Assembly (NCBI RefSeq): GCF_006345805.1
Contig: NC_043021.1
Coordinates: 13,330,001 to 13,394,000, forward strand
Reading direction: 5' to 3'
DNA: 64,000 nucleotides
DNA from: Octopus sinensis
Taxonomy: Eukaryota
Under the pieces are notes generated by a model. The model was not told the DNA's origin and made no database searches. It saw only the letters and a program-made list of their open reading frames with translations. The position numbers and the translations under genes are program-made. Shown one piece after another: positions 27,528 through 39,823 of the stretch. Positions within the stretch are counted from its first letter, which is position 1. Every line of letters starts with the position of its first letter.

Positions 27528-27901
27528 TCACATGTTGGATGTTACACTGGATCACTGGTCGGAAGGCCTAGGGCCAGATATGAGCAACACCTTTCTCAAG
27601 AAGTAGGCCAAACTAGACACAGATCATCACCAAGCGGGCCACACTACTTGAAAAAAATTCAAGGAAGTTTTTTTTTCCATTAGGCGTACCATTCAGAAAG
27701 TGCGATGGGTCACAGTTTCCCCATTGACTGGTCTCGGGAGATATTATCTATGTTTGCTGGTGGCTTAAAAAGAGACCTAACTACAATTAGCAAAGAAAGC
27801 ATGGGACAAGTCTACCAAGTCATACGCAATTGGGAGTGACAGTTGCAGCTTCATACACTTACAACAAGTAAGGGCAACGGATAATTTTAATTTCGCTTTA
27901 T

Positions 27902-27938
<37 letters not shown>

Positions 27939-28507
27939 CACCACCACCACCAACAACAACAATAACAACAACACTTATATCCCCATCACAACTGCTGCTA
28001 CTACCATCGTCACCACCACCATTACTACTACAACCATTTACAAATGTTACAACAACAACAACTACTGCTAGATATTTACAGAAAACTTAATAAGATCACC
28101 AGGTCATTTCACCATCCAAGGATGTAAATAATTGATGATATTATATCTATATATACATATACACATGCATGTACATACATATTTTAACATTCATGTATGT
28201 GTGTGTATGTGTGTACACACACAGACATATATATGTATACACAGGCATGACTGTGTAGTAAGAAGCCTGCTTCCCAATCACATGGTTCTGGGTTCAGTCC
28301 CCCGCCATGGCACCTTGGGCAAGTGTCTTCTGCTATAGCCTTGGGTTGACCAAAGCCTTGTGAGTGGATTTGGTAGATAGGAACTGAAAGAAGTCTATCA
28401 TATGTGTGTGTGTGTGTATATGTGCGTGTGCATGTGTGTATGTATATATATATATATATGTATATGTGTGTGTATGTGTATACACGTGTGTGTGTGTGTG
28501 TGTGTGC

Positions 28508-28566
<59 letters not shown>

Positions 28567-28789
28567 ATATATGTATGTATGTATGTACATTTATATATGT
28601 TTGTATGTACCTATATATGTATGTATGTACATATATATATGTATGTATATGTGTGTGTGTGCATAAAATATTTTCCAGTATTTTCAACACTTATGCATAC
28701 CTCACACAAATATAACACCTACATACAGATTTGGAATACTGAAACGAGCCAAGGTGCTTCAAGAAGACAGCTTTTAACCCTACCTTCCA

Positions 28790-29030
28790 TCACACATCCT
28801 GTGACCTCTTCAGCAACTCTCCATCCCATGTGTATCCTCCTGTCCTGTTTAGTTCATTCTGTTTTTCTGCGGTGTGTATCCTTATCTGTCCAGATAAGGA
28901 TACACACCATAGAATGACAGAATGAACGAAACGGGACAGGAGGATACACATGGGATGGAGAGTTGCTGAAGAGGTCACAGGAGGTGTGATAAAAGATTTC
29001 CAGACAAAGGGCACTAAAATATGAACAATA
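28790..29030 (+). mobile_element. Fold-back element (about 100-bp arms, 2-nt loop) with one-sided tail
   Basis: 28790-28888 pairs with 28891-28989 (centre ggtgtgtatccttatctg-tc-cagataaggatacacacc). The right arm plus tail recurs alone at about 47142-47210 and 61612-61710. Confidence 0.75.
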
Positions 29031-29340
29031 AGAGCATTCAGGGAGCGCAAACCTCTGCCAATGCAACACTGATGTCCTCTCAATGATTAGCCAGAGATGA
29101 TTTTTAAAATGAAAATATCTGAAATAAATTTGACTGCTCTCAAAAATTAAGTAAAAAAGGAGGAAAAATAATCCAGAATCCTTGTCCGGTACCGGATCGA
29201 TCAGTTTGTGCTGGTCACAAGGCCAAACATCCCTGAAAGTTTCATCCGAATCCATCCAGTGGTCCTTGAGATATCTTGTCCATGGACAAACAAACATCAC
29301 TGAAACAATACCCCTGCCTTCGCTAAGGTGGAGGTAATAA
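29027..29340 (+). mobile_element. Helentron/DINE-like non-autonomous element
   Basis: 5' aagagcattcagggagcgcaaacctctgccaa; internal aagtttcatccgaatccatccagtggtccttgagatatc, then acaaacaaac; 3' hairpin cccctgccttcgctaaggtggaggtaa. Confidence 0.6.
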
Positions 29341-29507
29341 TAAAGCTGAAGTGAAGGAGAAGTATATGGGGTATGTGTTCATTTGGTAAGACTTGAACCA
29401 GAGTTGAACCAAGTGTGGCTCTCCAGCCTGCCAGTTCCAGTCAAACCGTTTAACCCATGCCAGCATGGAGGGCTGGGTGATGATGATGTATACACACACA
29501 CATATGA

Positions 29508-29830
29508 AGGCACGTGGCATAGTGGTTATGGTATTCAGCTCACAGTCATGAAGATGTGAGTTCAACTCCTGGTGACATATTGTGTCCTTGAGCAAGACAA
29601 GACACTTTATTTTGTGTACCTCCAGTTCACTCAGCTGGTAAAAATGAGAAGTATGTGTATTTGAAAGGGGCCAGCCTTGTCACACACTGTGTCGTGCTGA
29701 ATCTCCCTGGGAACTATGTTAAGGGTACACTTGTCTGTGGAGTACTCAGCCACTTGCATTTTAATTTCACAAGCAGGCGGTTTCATGATCGGATCAACTG
29801 GAACCTTCGTCATCATAACCAACAGAGCAC
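29508..29830 (+). mobile_element. Diverged tRNA-derived SINE (family E)
   Basis: gtggcatagtggttatgg...gagttcaactcc...ccttgagcaagaca; related heads at 41412-41640 (+) and 43995-44310 (-). Confidence 0.7.
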
Positions 29831-29855
29831 CAGTTATATGCACACACACACACAT

Positions 29856-29887
<32 letters not shown>

Positions 29888-29926
29888 CACATATGCATAC
29901 ACACATTTATATGCGTGTGTGTGTGT

Positions 29927-29961
<35 letters not shown>

Positions 29962-29967
<6 letters not shown>

Positions 29968-30352
29968 GGAGTGGCTGTGTGGTAAGTACCTTGCTTACTA
30001 ACCGCATGGCTCTGGGTTCAGTCCCACTGTGTGGCACCTTGGGCAAGTGTCTTCTACTATAGCCTCAGGCCAACCAAAGCCTTGTGAGTAGATTTGGTAG
30101 ACGGAAACTAAAAACGCTCGTCGTATATATGTGTGTGTGTGTGTGCCTGTGTTTGTCCCCCCCCCCCACCATTGCTTGACAACCGATATTGATGTGTTCA
30201 TGTCCCCGTAACTTAGTGGTTCAGCAAAAAAGACCGATAGAATAAGCACTAGGCTTACAAAGAATAAGTCCTGGGGCTCTATTTGTTCGACTGAAGGCGG
30301 TGCTCCAGCATGGCCGCAGTCAAATGACTGAAAGAAGTAAAAGAATAAAAGA
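29962..30352 (+). mobile_element. SINE family A, full length
   Basis: Family A consensus. Confidence 0.9.
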
Positions 30353-30766
30353 ATATATGCAGACATACACATTGACTGATTGCTCTGTTTTGAACAATAA
30401 CGGAGAAGTCAACTATAGTACAATGGCCTTGATGAAACCAAACTTGTCCCTCCCTCTGGCCATTCTGACCACCCACTCCCCAATACCCGCACATCATGGA
30501 CAATGGCCAAAAAAGAGATAGGCAGACAAAATGCAAACCCTCAAAGTATGTCGTCTCCAGGAAATCACCAATCAGACAATCGACAGAACTCGAAGCCTGA
30601 TTGAAAATGTAATTTGAAAATCGTTAATTGATTCTTTGATGAATGGAAAACACTTTCACTTTCACTCTCTCTCTCTCTCTCTCTCATCAAACTAATTTAA
30701 TATAATTACACAAACACACACATGCATGCACAGGTACCTATATATATTTGCACAAATATGTATCAT

Positions 30767-30808
<42 letters not shown>

Positions 30809-31104
30809 TTATACATGCATACATAAATACACATACACGAACACCTTATATACAAACATATACACAAATATATATGAATATAAATGCATATACATACACA
30901 CACACGTGTTGCACACATGTAAAAAGGTAAAGGTACACACACACACATGTACCATACATACACATACATGCTTTTTACATGCATATGTAAATACATGTAC
31001 ATGGACACATACACAAATATGTACCACTGTACTATACACACACATTCATATAATCACACACATAAACACTAATTTGAACATGTATAGAAGCACAGATATA
31101 TATA

Positions 31105-31258
31105 CGTGGTCTGATCAATAAGTATCCGGACTGTTGCCATAGTAACGAAGCTAAAGCCCACAGAGTGAAGCTGCTTGGTAGAGATTGACCTTGTATTCTG
31201 CTCTGCATGTGTACCAGCTTTTAACGGTTTAGCTCACTTCTGCTGTTTACAGCAGTGA
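31105..31258 (+). mobile_element. Mariner-like 5' terminal fragment
   Basis: TA|cgtggtctgatcaataagtatccggac resembles a mariner TIR; no matching 3' TIR found. Confidence 0.45.
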
Positions 31259-31497
31259 TACATACATATATAAATACATACATACATATATATATATACA
31301 TATATATATACACATATATATATATACACACACACATATATATATATATACGACAGGCTTCTTTTATTTTCCATCTATCAAATCACCTCACAAGGCTTTG
31401 GTCGGCCTGAGGCTATAGTAAAAGACACGCAGTAGGAATGAACCCAGAACCATGTGGTTGGTAAGCAAGCTGCTTACCACACAGCCATGCCTGCGCC

Positions 31498-31559
<62 letters not shown>

Positions 31560-32589
31560 TAAACATACACATACATACACAGAGAAACTTATTTACATAC
31601 AGAGACATATGCATACATGCACACATAAACACACATAAACATACACATACGGATAGAGGGACATACAAACACACACAGAACTTTTAGATAAAACCTGTGA
31701 AGAGTGTTTGTCTTCATGTGTTGCTCTTTGTCCACACAACCATCAGCATCACTACCAGCATCAGCATTACCACCATCATCATCAACACATTATCATCACG
31801 ATCACCAGTGGCAGCAATACCATCACTAATGTTCCTGGCTCCACCACCACCTCCATAACAACAACCAGCAGTACTACAAAAAAGATGTACCTACCACCAC
31901 CACCACCACCACCATCATCATCTGTATCACTAACAGCAGCAGCACCACCACCACCTGTACCACCGCCATCACAACCTTTATCATCAATGATCACCTCTGC
32001 CACTACCACCCTCACTAGCTGCTCCACCACCATCACATCATTATCATCATCATCAAACACCACAATCATTACCATCATCAACTACAATCATCATTGATTA
32101 TTGACCACCACCACCACCACCACCATACCTTCAACTATAACAATCACTATCATCATCATCATCATCCTCATCCTCAACATCATCAGAAGCAGTATCACTC
32201 CTGTTTCAAAAATGTCATTGTTACAGTCATGGGTGGATTGACCAGAATTGGTATTTACTTATGGTCTGTGTTTATGATCTGTGTTCAACTCCCACAGGAG
32301 TCAACTTTGTTGTTTTCCTTGTTTGATCCACTTGGGGGTTCGACGAAATGAAATTCCAGTCAAGTGCAGTAGGGGTGGGCATGGAGCCACTTTTTCTGAT
32401 TATACTCCTCCCTCCACTGCTCACAAAGCTGTGGCTTTTGCGCTAATACTGGTAATCATTACTGCAAACCATCATCATCAACATCAATACAATCATTAAT
32501 CTCATCATCATCATCATCATCATGCGTTACATTATCTCTTCCTGTCCCCAATATTCTTGTAGTAAACTCCCTTAACTAAACAATTGTGG

Positions 32590-32612
32590 GTGTATGTATA
32601 TATGTGTGTGTC

Positions 32613-32657
<45 letters not shown>

Positions 32658-32922
32658 TATATATATATACATATATATATACATATACATATACATATAT
32701 ATATACATATATATATACATATATATACATATATATAACATATACATATACATATATATATATACATATATATACATACATATATACATATACATATATA
32801 TATACATATATATATATATACATATTTATATATATGTGTATATATATATATACATATATATATATACATATATATAACATATATATATATATACATACAT
32901 ATAATATATATACATATTTATA

Positions 32923-32962
<40 letters not shown>

Positions 32963-33032
32963 TATACATATACATATATATATACATATACATATATATA
33001 TATACATATTATATATATATATATATTATATA

Positions 33033-33116
<84 letters not shown>

Positions 33117-33130
33117 TATATATATATACA
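32590..33130. repeat. Long imperfect (TA)n/(TACA)n tract
   Basis: Directly visible; similar tracts at 23786-24280, 50200-50382, 51300-51525 and 56350-56665. Confidence 0.95.
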
Positions 33131-33357
33131 CTTTATTTTAAGCAGCAGAAAATTCAACAAAATCTGTTACTCTGAGTTTCTCGTTGCCGTTCATCAGACA
33201 GTTTTTGCTAGCAAAAACTGTCTGATGAACGGCAACGAGAAACTCAGAGTAACAGATTTTGTTGAATTTTCTGCTGCTTAAAATAAAGCATATTACTCTA
33301 CCACTGGTATTTGAGTACTCTTTTTTCCACCTTGTTTCACATTTATGTGTTTACTCC

Positions 33358-33359
<2 letters not shown>
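33131..33359 (+). mobile_element. Hammerhead fold-back family 1: perfect 158-bp palindrome plus 71-bp tail
   Basis: 33131-33209 is the reverse complement of 33210-33288 (centre gct|agc); tail catattactc...tttactccgg; flanked by (TA)n. Confidence 0.85.
33214..33260 (+). ncRNA. Minimal type-I hammerhead ribozyme motif (family 1)
   Basis: aaaa-ctgt-CTGATGA-a-cg-gcaa-cg-a-GAAA-ctc-a-gag-TA-acag-a-tttt; mirror copy on the minus strand at 33159-33205. Confidence 0.6.
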
Positions 33360-33397
<38 letters not shown>

Positions 33398-33855
33398 TAA
33401 TATATATATACATATATATACACATATATATATACATACATATATATATAACGATCCTCCATGTTTATTTTCATTCTGTTTCCTTGTTCGTCTCCACTGT
33501 CCTGTTTTTGTTCCTAACTTTGACCCTCCATAAGTCCCAAATTGTATTTTGTATTGTACATATGGGAGCAATTGTCTTATAAGACTCATATTGTTGTTGA
33601 ATGCTCAAAATGAGGAGTAGATAGACAGCCGACAACTGATGAAGGGTCGTTCTTTATGTTACTTGTCCTGTTTTCCATTTGTTTCTCTCATCGTTTGCAT
33701 ATTGAACTCATCTGCTTTCATATTTCATGTTGTTTACTGTGTTCTGAGTCAACCAAAGCCTTGGAAAAGGTCTGTAGTATGTATATATATATATATATAT
33801 ATACATATATATACATATACATATATATACATATACATATATATATATACATATT

Positions 33856-33972
<117 letters not shown>

Positions 33973-33979
33973 ATATATA

Positions 33980-34208
33980 CTTTATTTTAAGCAGCAGAAA
34001 ATTCAACAAAATCTGTTACTCTGAGTTTCTCGTTGCCGTTCATCAGACAGTTTTTGCTAGCAAAAACTGTCTGATGAACGGCAACGAGAAACTCAGAGTA
34101 ACAGATTTTGTTGAATTTTCTGCTGCTTAAAATAAAGCATATTACTCTACCACTGGTATTTGAGTACTCTTTTTTCCACCTTGTTTCACATTTATGTGTT
34201 TACTCCGG
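33980..34208 (+). mobile_element. Hammerhead fold-back family 1, second copy (849 bp downstream)
   Basis: Palindrome 33980-34137 plus tail, apparently identical to 33131-33359; hammerhead motif at 34063-34109. Confidence 0.85.
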
Positions 34209-34627
34209 TATATATATATATATATAATATATATATATACATACATATATATATATATATATACATATATATACATATATATATACATACATATATATAT
34301 AACGATCCTCCATGTTTATTTTCATTCTGTTTCCTTGTTCGTCTCCACTGTCCTGTTTTTGTTCCTAACTTTGACCCTCCATAGTCCCAAATTGTATTTT
34401 GTATTGTACATATGGGAGCAATTGTCTTATAAGACTCATATTGTTGTTGAATGCTCAAAATGAGGAGTAGATAGACAGCCGACAACTGATGAAGGGTCGT
34501 TCTTTATGTTACTTGTCCTGTTTTCCATTTGTTTCTCTCATCGTTTGCATATTGAACTCATCTGCTTTCATATTTCATGTTGTTTACTGTGTTCTGAGTC
34601 AACCAAAGCCTTGGAAAAGGTCTGTAG

Positions 34628-34662
<35 letters not shown>

Positions 34663-34821
34663 AATATTAGGGAATAAATCCAAACTTACAGGGAAAAATC
34701 AGATTTAGGATTGAATCCAATTTTATAGTAAAATATTATATTATATTATAAGTAAATTATTATTTTAGATTATATAGATTATTTATATCATAAAAATATT
34801 GATTATATTTTAGATTTGAAA

Positions 34822-34885
34822 CCACCTGAAGAATGTCTACTACTCAAAGATGTGATGAAAAGAAGACATGAAACGATCGTAGTGG
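34822..34885 (+). ncRNA. Type-I hammerhead ribozyme with canonical core and palindromic stem III
   Basis: ccac-CTGAAGA-atgtct-(25 nt)-agacat-GAAA-cgatcg-TA-gtgg: all three stems pair, GUA cleavage triplet; lies in an AT-rich segment (about 34660-34995) bounded by (TA)n. Confidence 0.8.
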
Positions 34886-35082
34886 ATATTAATAATTGTT
34901 AAATTTCTAAATAATATAAATTAATTTATGTATTGGATTAAGTCTTTCTTTGTTTGATTTGCATAATAGTGGTTTTGTCTCTAATTTAATATAATATATA
35001 TATATATATATGCATATACGTATATAGAGTGAGAGGTAGGTAGATAGATAGATAATACAGACAGACAGACAGACAGACAGAC

Positions 35083-35137
<55 letters not shown>

Positions 35138-35340
35138 TAGACAGATAGTTGATTTGTTTTGGCTCTGAAGAAGATAGCTTTGGGTTAGTGGGTCCTTATA
35201 ACTTCAGTCGATCAATCAATTGATCAATCAATAAGATTGAACCATGAATGCACTCAAACACCTATCTGGAATATCTGTAACTCTACAATAAATAAATAAA
35301 TAAATAAATAAATGCACATAACATACTATTTCTGTCTATG

Positions 35341-35379
<39 letters not shown>

Positions 35380-35522
35380 TATATGTATACATATCTATAT
35401 AAAAAAACCATAAGAAATGGAGCAATAATATCAGAAGTAGATCATTAGTGTTTTAAAGTCATTTAATAACAATGGATGCATCTATCCCTTAGATGGTTAC
35501 ATTACCTCTAACTTATATCTTA

Positions 35523-35555
<33 letters not shown>

Positions 35556-35561
<6 letters not shown>

Positions 35562-35666
35562 TTGAATTAATATATAAGTTCCATTCTAGCAAAAACTGTC
35601 TGATGAACAGCAACGAGAAACTCAGAGTAACAGATTTTGTTGAATTTTCTGCTGCTTAAAATAAAG
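35556..35666 (+). mobile_element. Hammerhead family 1, lone arm without tail
   Basis: Matches 48460-48569, ends at aaataaag, (TA)n on both sides; motif 35592-35638 has one stem II substitution. Confidence 0.8.
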
Positions 35667-35728
35667 TATATATATATATATATCACAATCAAGGAACGGC
35701 CATAATAGGCCATTCACCCACTAGAAAT

Positions 35729-35783
<55 letters not shown>

Positions 35784-35863
35784 TATATATAATATATATA
35801 TATATATAACATATATATAACATATATACATATATATACATACATAAATATATACATACATAC

Positions 35864-35914
<51 letters not shown>

Positions 35915-36126
35915 CACATATATATATGCACACGCACACGCATATATATATATATATATACATATATATGTATGTATGTGTGAATTCATATGATAGGATA
36001 TAAGGTGCTGAGGCGAATTTGACTAAAATCCTTCTCAGCAGTGCTCCAGCATGGCCACTGTCCAATGACTAATGCAAATGTCTAAAGACAAACGGATTTG
36101 ACATAGTGAACGTGATGATGACACTG

Positions 36127-36175
<49 letters not shown>

Positions 36176-37249
36176 AAGACAATAAACCAATCCCAGTGTC
36201 AGCTGTGTCATACAACTTAAATTCGCTTTCCATTGGGAAGTAACAGACCTACTGATCTACATTGCCAATCAAGGATGGGACTGAAGTAGAGGGGCGATGG
36301 TGGTGGTGGTGGTGGTGGCGGCAGCGGTGATGACAGGATAAGATGAGGCGACAGAAATCTATGAATAGAACCTGCATAATCATCATGGGTTGTGTTATCT
36401 CCTCTTCACTTCACTCCTCCTCATGCAACAAACCCCCCACAACTGCTTGTCATGTGTGTGACATATTTATACATGACAGGCACTCTTACGCACGCACGCA
36501 TGCACGCAAACACACGCACACAGATGCACATTCTTTTGTTCTTGTACTTGTTTCACTCATTCGACTGTGGCCATGCTGGAGCACCATCTTAAGCGTGTAG
36601 TCAAACAAATCGACCCGCATGACTTATTCCATAAACCCAGTACTTATTCTTATGTGCCGCCAGGGGTGGCCCTTCTGTTTGCCACCCCAGGACCCCACAA
36701 AAACAAAAAACACATATTTATTTCTTTATTGCCCACAAGGGGCTAAACATAGAGGGGACAAACAAGAACAGACAAAGGGATTAAGTCGATTGCATCGACC
36801 CCAGTGAGTAACTGGTACTTAATTTATCGACCCTGAAAGGATGAAAGGCAAAGTCAACCTCGGCAGAATTTGAACTTAGAATGAAACGGCAGACAAAATA
36901 CCGCTAAGCATTTCGCCCGGCGTGCTAACGGTTCTGCCAGCTCGCCTAGTACTTATTCTATCAGTCTCTTTTGCTGAACAACTAAGTTACGGGGATGTAA
37001 ACACACCAACACCATGGGCTAGATGGTTTGACTGGAGCTGGTAAGCTGGAAAGCTGCACCAGGTTCCAAGATGTTTTGGCTTGTTTCCCACAGATGGATG
37101 CCCTTCCTAATGCCGACCAAGATACCAGGTATCTTTTACATGTCTGGTGCATGGGTGCCTTTAACGTATCACTAAAAGGGGCGGGAGTAAAGGGACTGGG
37201 AAACGACTCCTAGTAATTTCATATTCCTGAAAAGACAACAAGAAAAAGA

Positions 37250-37780
37250 CAAGTACAAGGGATATGGAATGTGCATGGGTGTCGTACAAGGGAGCTAAAG
37301 AGGAGAGAAATAGGGAGTGTGATGATGAGGAGAAGGATGGATGTGCTGGCACTGAGTGAAGGCAGTAGAAGCAGGGGCAGACCTTGGTTTGTGTGGATGG
37401 ATGGAGTGAGGAAAGCTTTAGTGGTTAGAGGTGCCGGAGATAAAGAGAGAGGCAAGAGAGTTTATAAACGATAGGAAAGCTTGGAGAGTGTTTGTGGATG
37501 GATGGATGAATGAATTTGATGTTGCTCAAAGGGGTACGGAACCAGCACGATGCTGCAGGGGTAAGCCAGCATATGCTGTCGGGCCCCACTGCTGATATTG
37601 GGGGTTGTGCTCTATGCCTTGACCCGAGCAGAGAACGGGACTCACCTCTTTGAGCTGGGAAATGAATGGAATGCCCGGTGTATGTCTTGTTGTGGCAACC
37701 CCACTCCTAAAAAAAATGGGGAATAGGCCTGTGACTGAGAGGGCAAGAGTAACCCCTAGATAAGTCTGCCACGGGGTTAA
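37250..37780 (+). mobile_element. Internally deleted RTE-clade LINE remnant
   Basis: WNVHG...DVLALSE (APE endonuclease N-terminal motifs) joined in frame to SRGRPWFVWMDGVRKAL, then DRKAWRVFV in another frame (RTE ORF C-terminus), followed by a probable 3' UTR. Confidence 0.7.
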
Positions 37781-38034
37781 GCCCCCTCACTCCACCCCCC
37801 ACCACACCGAATATTACTGGTGCTCGTTTTCAACAAGATGGACCAAAGCAACATGGAGTGAAGTGTTTTGCCCAAGGAAATGACAGTGCTTGGTATGAGA
37901 ATCAGACAAAACGATCTTAAGAACATGAAGTCAGTATCCTGAACACAGGAACACGCGACCATACTTAACATAGCAGGCATTAGTGCGTTAATGGGACACA
38001 ATGTATTGTCCTTTGTTGCAGTGGATTTCAAAAT

Positions 38035-38490
38035 TCCACCAGCACTATCAATGCCGCCATCATCACCACCACTCTCACCACTGCTAATAACACCAACGCC
38101 ACTACCATCACCCCCCCACCACCACCACTGTTGCTACTGCAGATGCTGCTACCACCACTATTGTTACCACTACTACTGCTACTACCACCAACAACACCAG
38201 CAGTGCTGCTGCCACAACCACCACCAATGCCACTATCACCATAATCACCACCTCCACCACCACCACTGCAGCTACCATTACTGTCACCACTATTTCTGCT
38301 ACAACTACCACTTTCACCATAATCACCAGTACCCCACCACAACCACCACAACCAACACCACCCTCACCATTATCACCACCACCACCATCACCACCACCCC
38401 ACACCACTATAATCACTACTACCCCACCCCCACCCCACCATTATCACCACTACTACCACCACCACCATCACAACTATTAACACCACCACA
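38035..38490. repeat. (ACC/ATC/ACT)n trinucleotide low-complexity tract
   Basis: Directly visible; similar tracts at 26380-26575, 31740-32180 and 55130-56165. Confidence 0.9.
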
Positions 38491-38584
38491 TGTATAAAAC
38501 AAAAGTTAATTCATGATGATGTGCACATTGTTGTCTGCATATGATAGGAGTGTCAGGATATTGAAGTTGAAAAAAAAAAATAAA

Positions 38585-38615
<31 letters not shown>

Positions 38616-39594
38616 TAAATAAATAAAACGACAAAGCTCAAGAGCTTCTTGAATCATGCCATTGTGGTTTCCCAGCTGAATACAAGAGTTCCAGTGTTAG
38701 AGTCCACCAACATAGAATGGCAAAAAAAAAGAATAGAAACAAGGAGACAGTTGGAGTGATGTTAAGCTTATTCTAAACAAAACCGTGATGTCATTCATAG
38801 ATCGAGACGAAAGATTCAGGGACATGGATTTTAGAAGGGATGAAAGATAAATTCGCCATCACCATCATCATGACTATTACCATTGCCGTCGGCATTACCC
38901 CACCTGTGAAAATCATGCCAAAACTGACCTCGCTTACATTGGGGCCATGTAAAAAGCACTCAGTCCACTCTGGGGAGTGGTTGGTGTTAGGAACGGCATC
39001 CAGCCATAAAAACCCTGCCAAAACAGACACAGTAGCCTGGGGTACCTGGAGTACTCTTCTACCTGACTGGCTCCTGTCAACCATCCAACCCATGGATGCA
39101 TGGAAGACGGACGTTTAATGAAGATAATGATGATAATGATGATGATAATGATACGTGTGTTCAACCCATGCTAGCATGAAAAACGGACGTTAGAGAAGGA
39201 TGATGATGACATATATACGTTATTTGTATGTTTATGTATCTATGGATTTAAGAGGCCTTTGTTGGTGTCCAGAGGCATTTGTAAATAAATGAATAAAAGA
39301 TTACTTGTCCATAAAAATCAAACACTTTCTGTCACTTGAATATTTATATTTTTTTCCCTCAACTCACTTTCATGTCATTTGTGCAAATCAATGCATTCTG
39401 CTCTTGTTTTTGCATATATCTAAGTTTCTCATTCTAGTGGAGACGAAATATGGCAGCTACTATGCTGATGAAATCAACTGAGATAGGAACAATGCTAGCA
39501 TGGGTTACCCCACCCCCCACACTCGATTTGCCATGCTGGACCACTGAAATCTACAAGCTTTTTTCATTGTCTCTCTGTTTATTTCTTCTTATTC

Positions 39595-39630
39595 CTTTCT
39601 GTTGAAGAGCATAGGCTTGAAACGTAAAAG
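39595..39630 (+). ncRNA. Minimal hammerhead-like motif, variant core (CUGUUGA)
   Basis: cttt-CTGTTGA-a-gagc-atag-gctt-GAAA-cg-TA-aaag. Confidence 0.5.
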
Positions 39631-39788
39631 ACCTTTACATTTTTTTGCCAAGCATCAAAATAACACGCTTGTTGTTCATACACCTGTGTTCATCTTTTGT
39701 TTTTCTCTAAACTTCAACTATATATGTATATATGTGACCTCGTGTGTACCGTTGGCGATTTTTTTTCCTCTGTCTTCCCTTCTCCTAT

Positions 39789-39823
39789 GTTTCCGATGAA
39801 GAGCTCCGCTCGAAACGTTAAAC
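39789..39823 (+). ncRNA. Minimal hammerhead-like motif, variant core (CCGAUGA)
   Basis: gttt-CCGATGA-a-gagc-tcc-gctc-GAAA-cg-TT-aaac, inside a repeat (39733-39910) that recurs at 53062-53260. Confidence 0.55.

Noticed and set aside
33631-33667. gacaa-CTGATGA-aggg...ttgtc hammerhead candidate (also near 34481)
   Set aside because: No GAAA or stem III; at best a degenerate relic.
37991-38497. His/Thr/Pro-rich ORFs (also 31708-32097, 55375-55755)
   Set aside because: Trinucleotide low-complexity DNA open in several frames on both strands; no splice or domain evidence.
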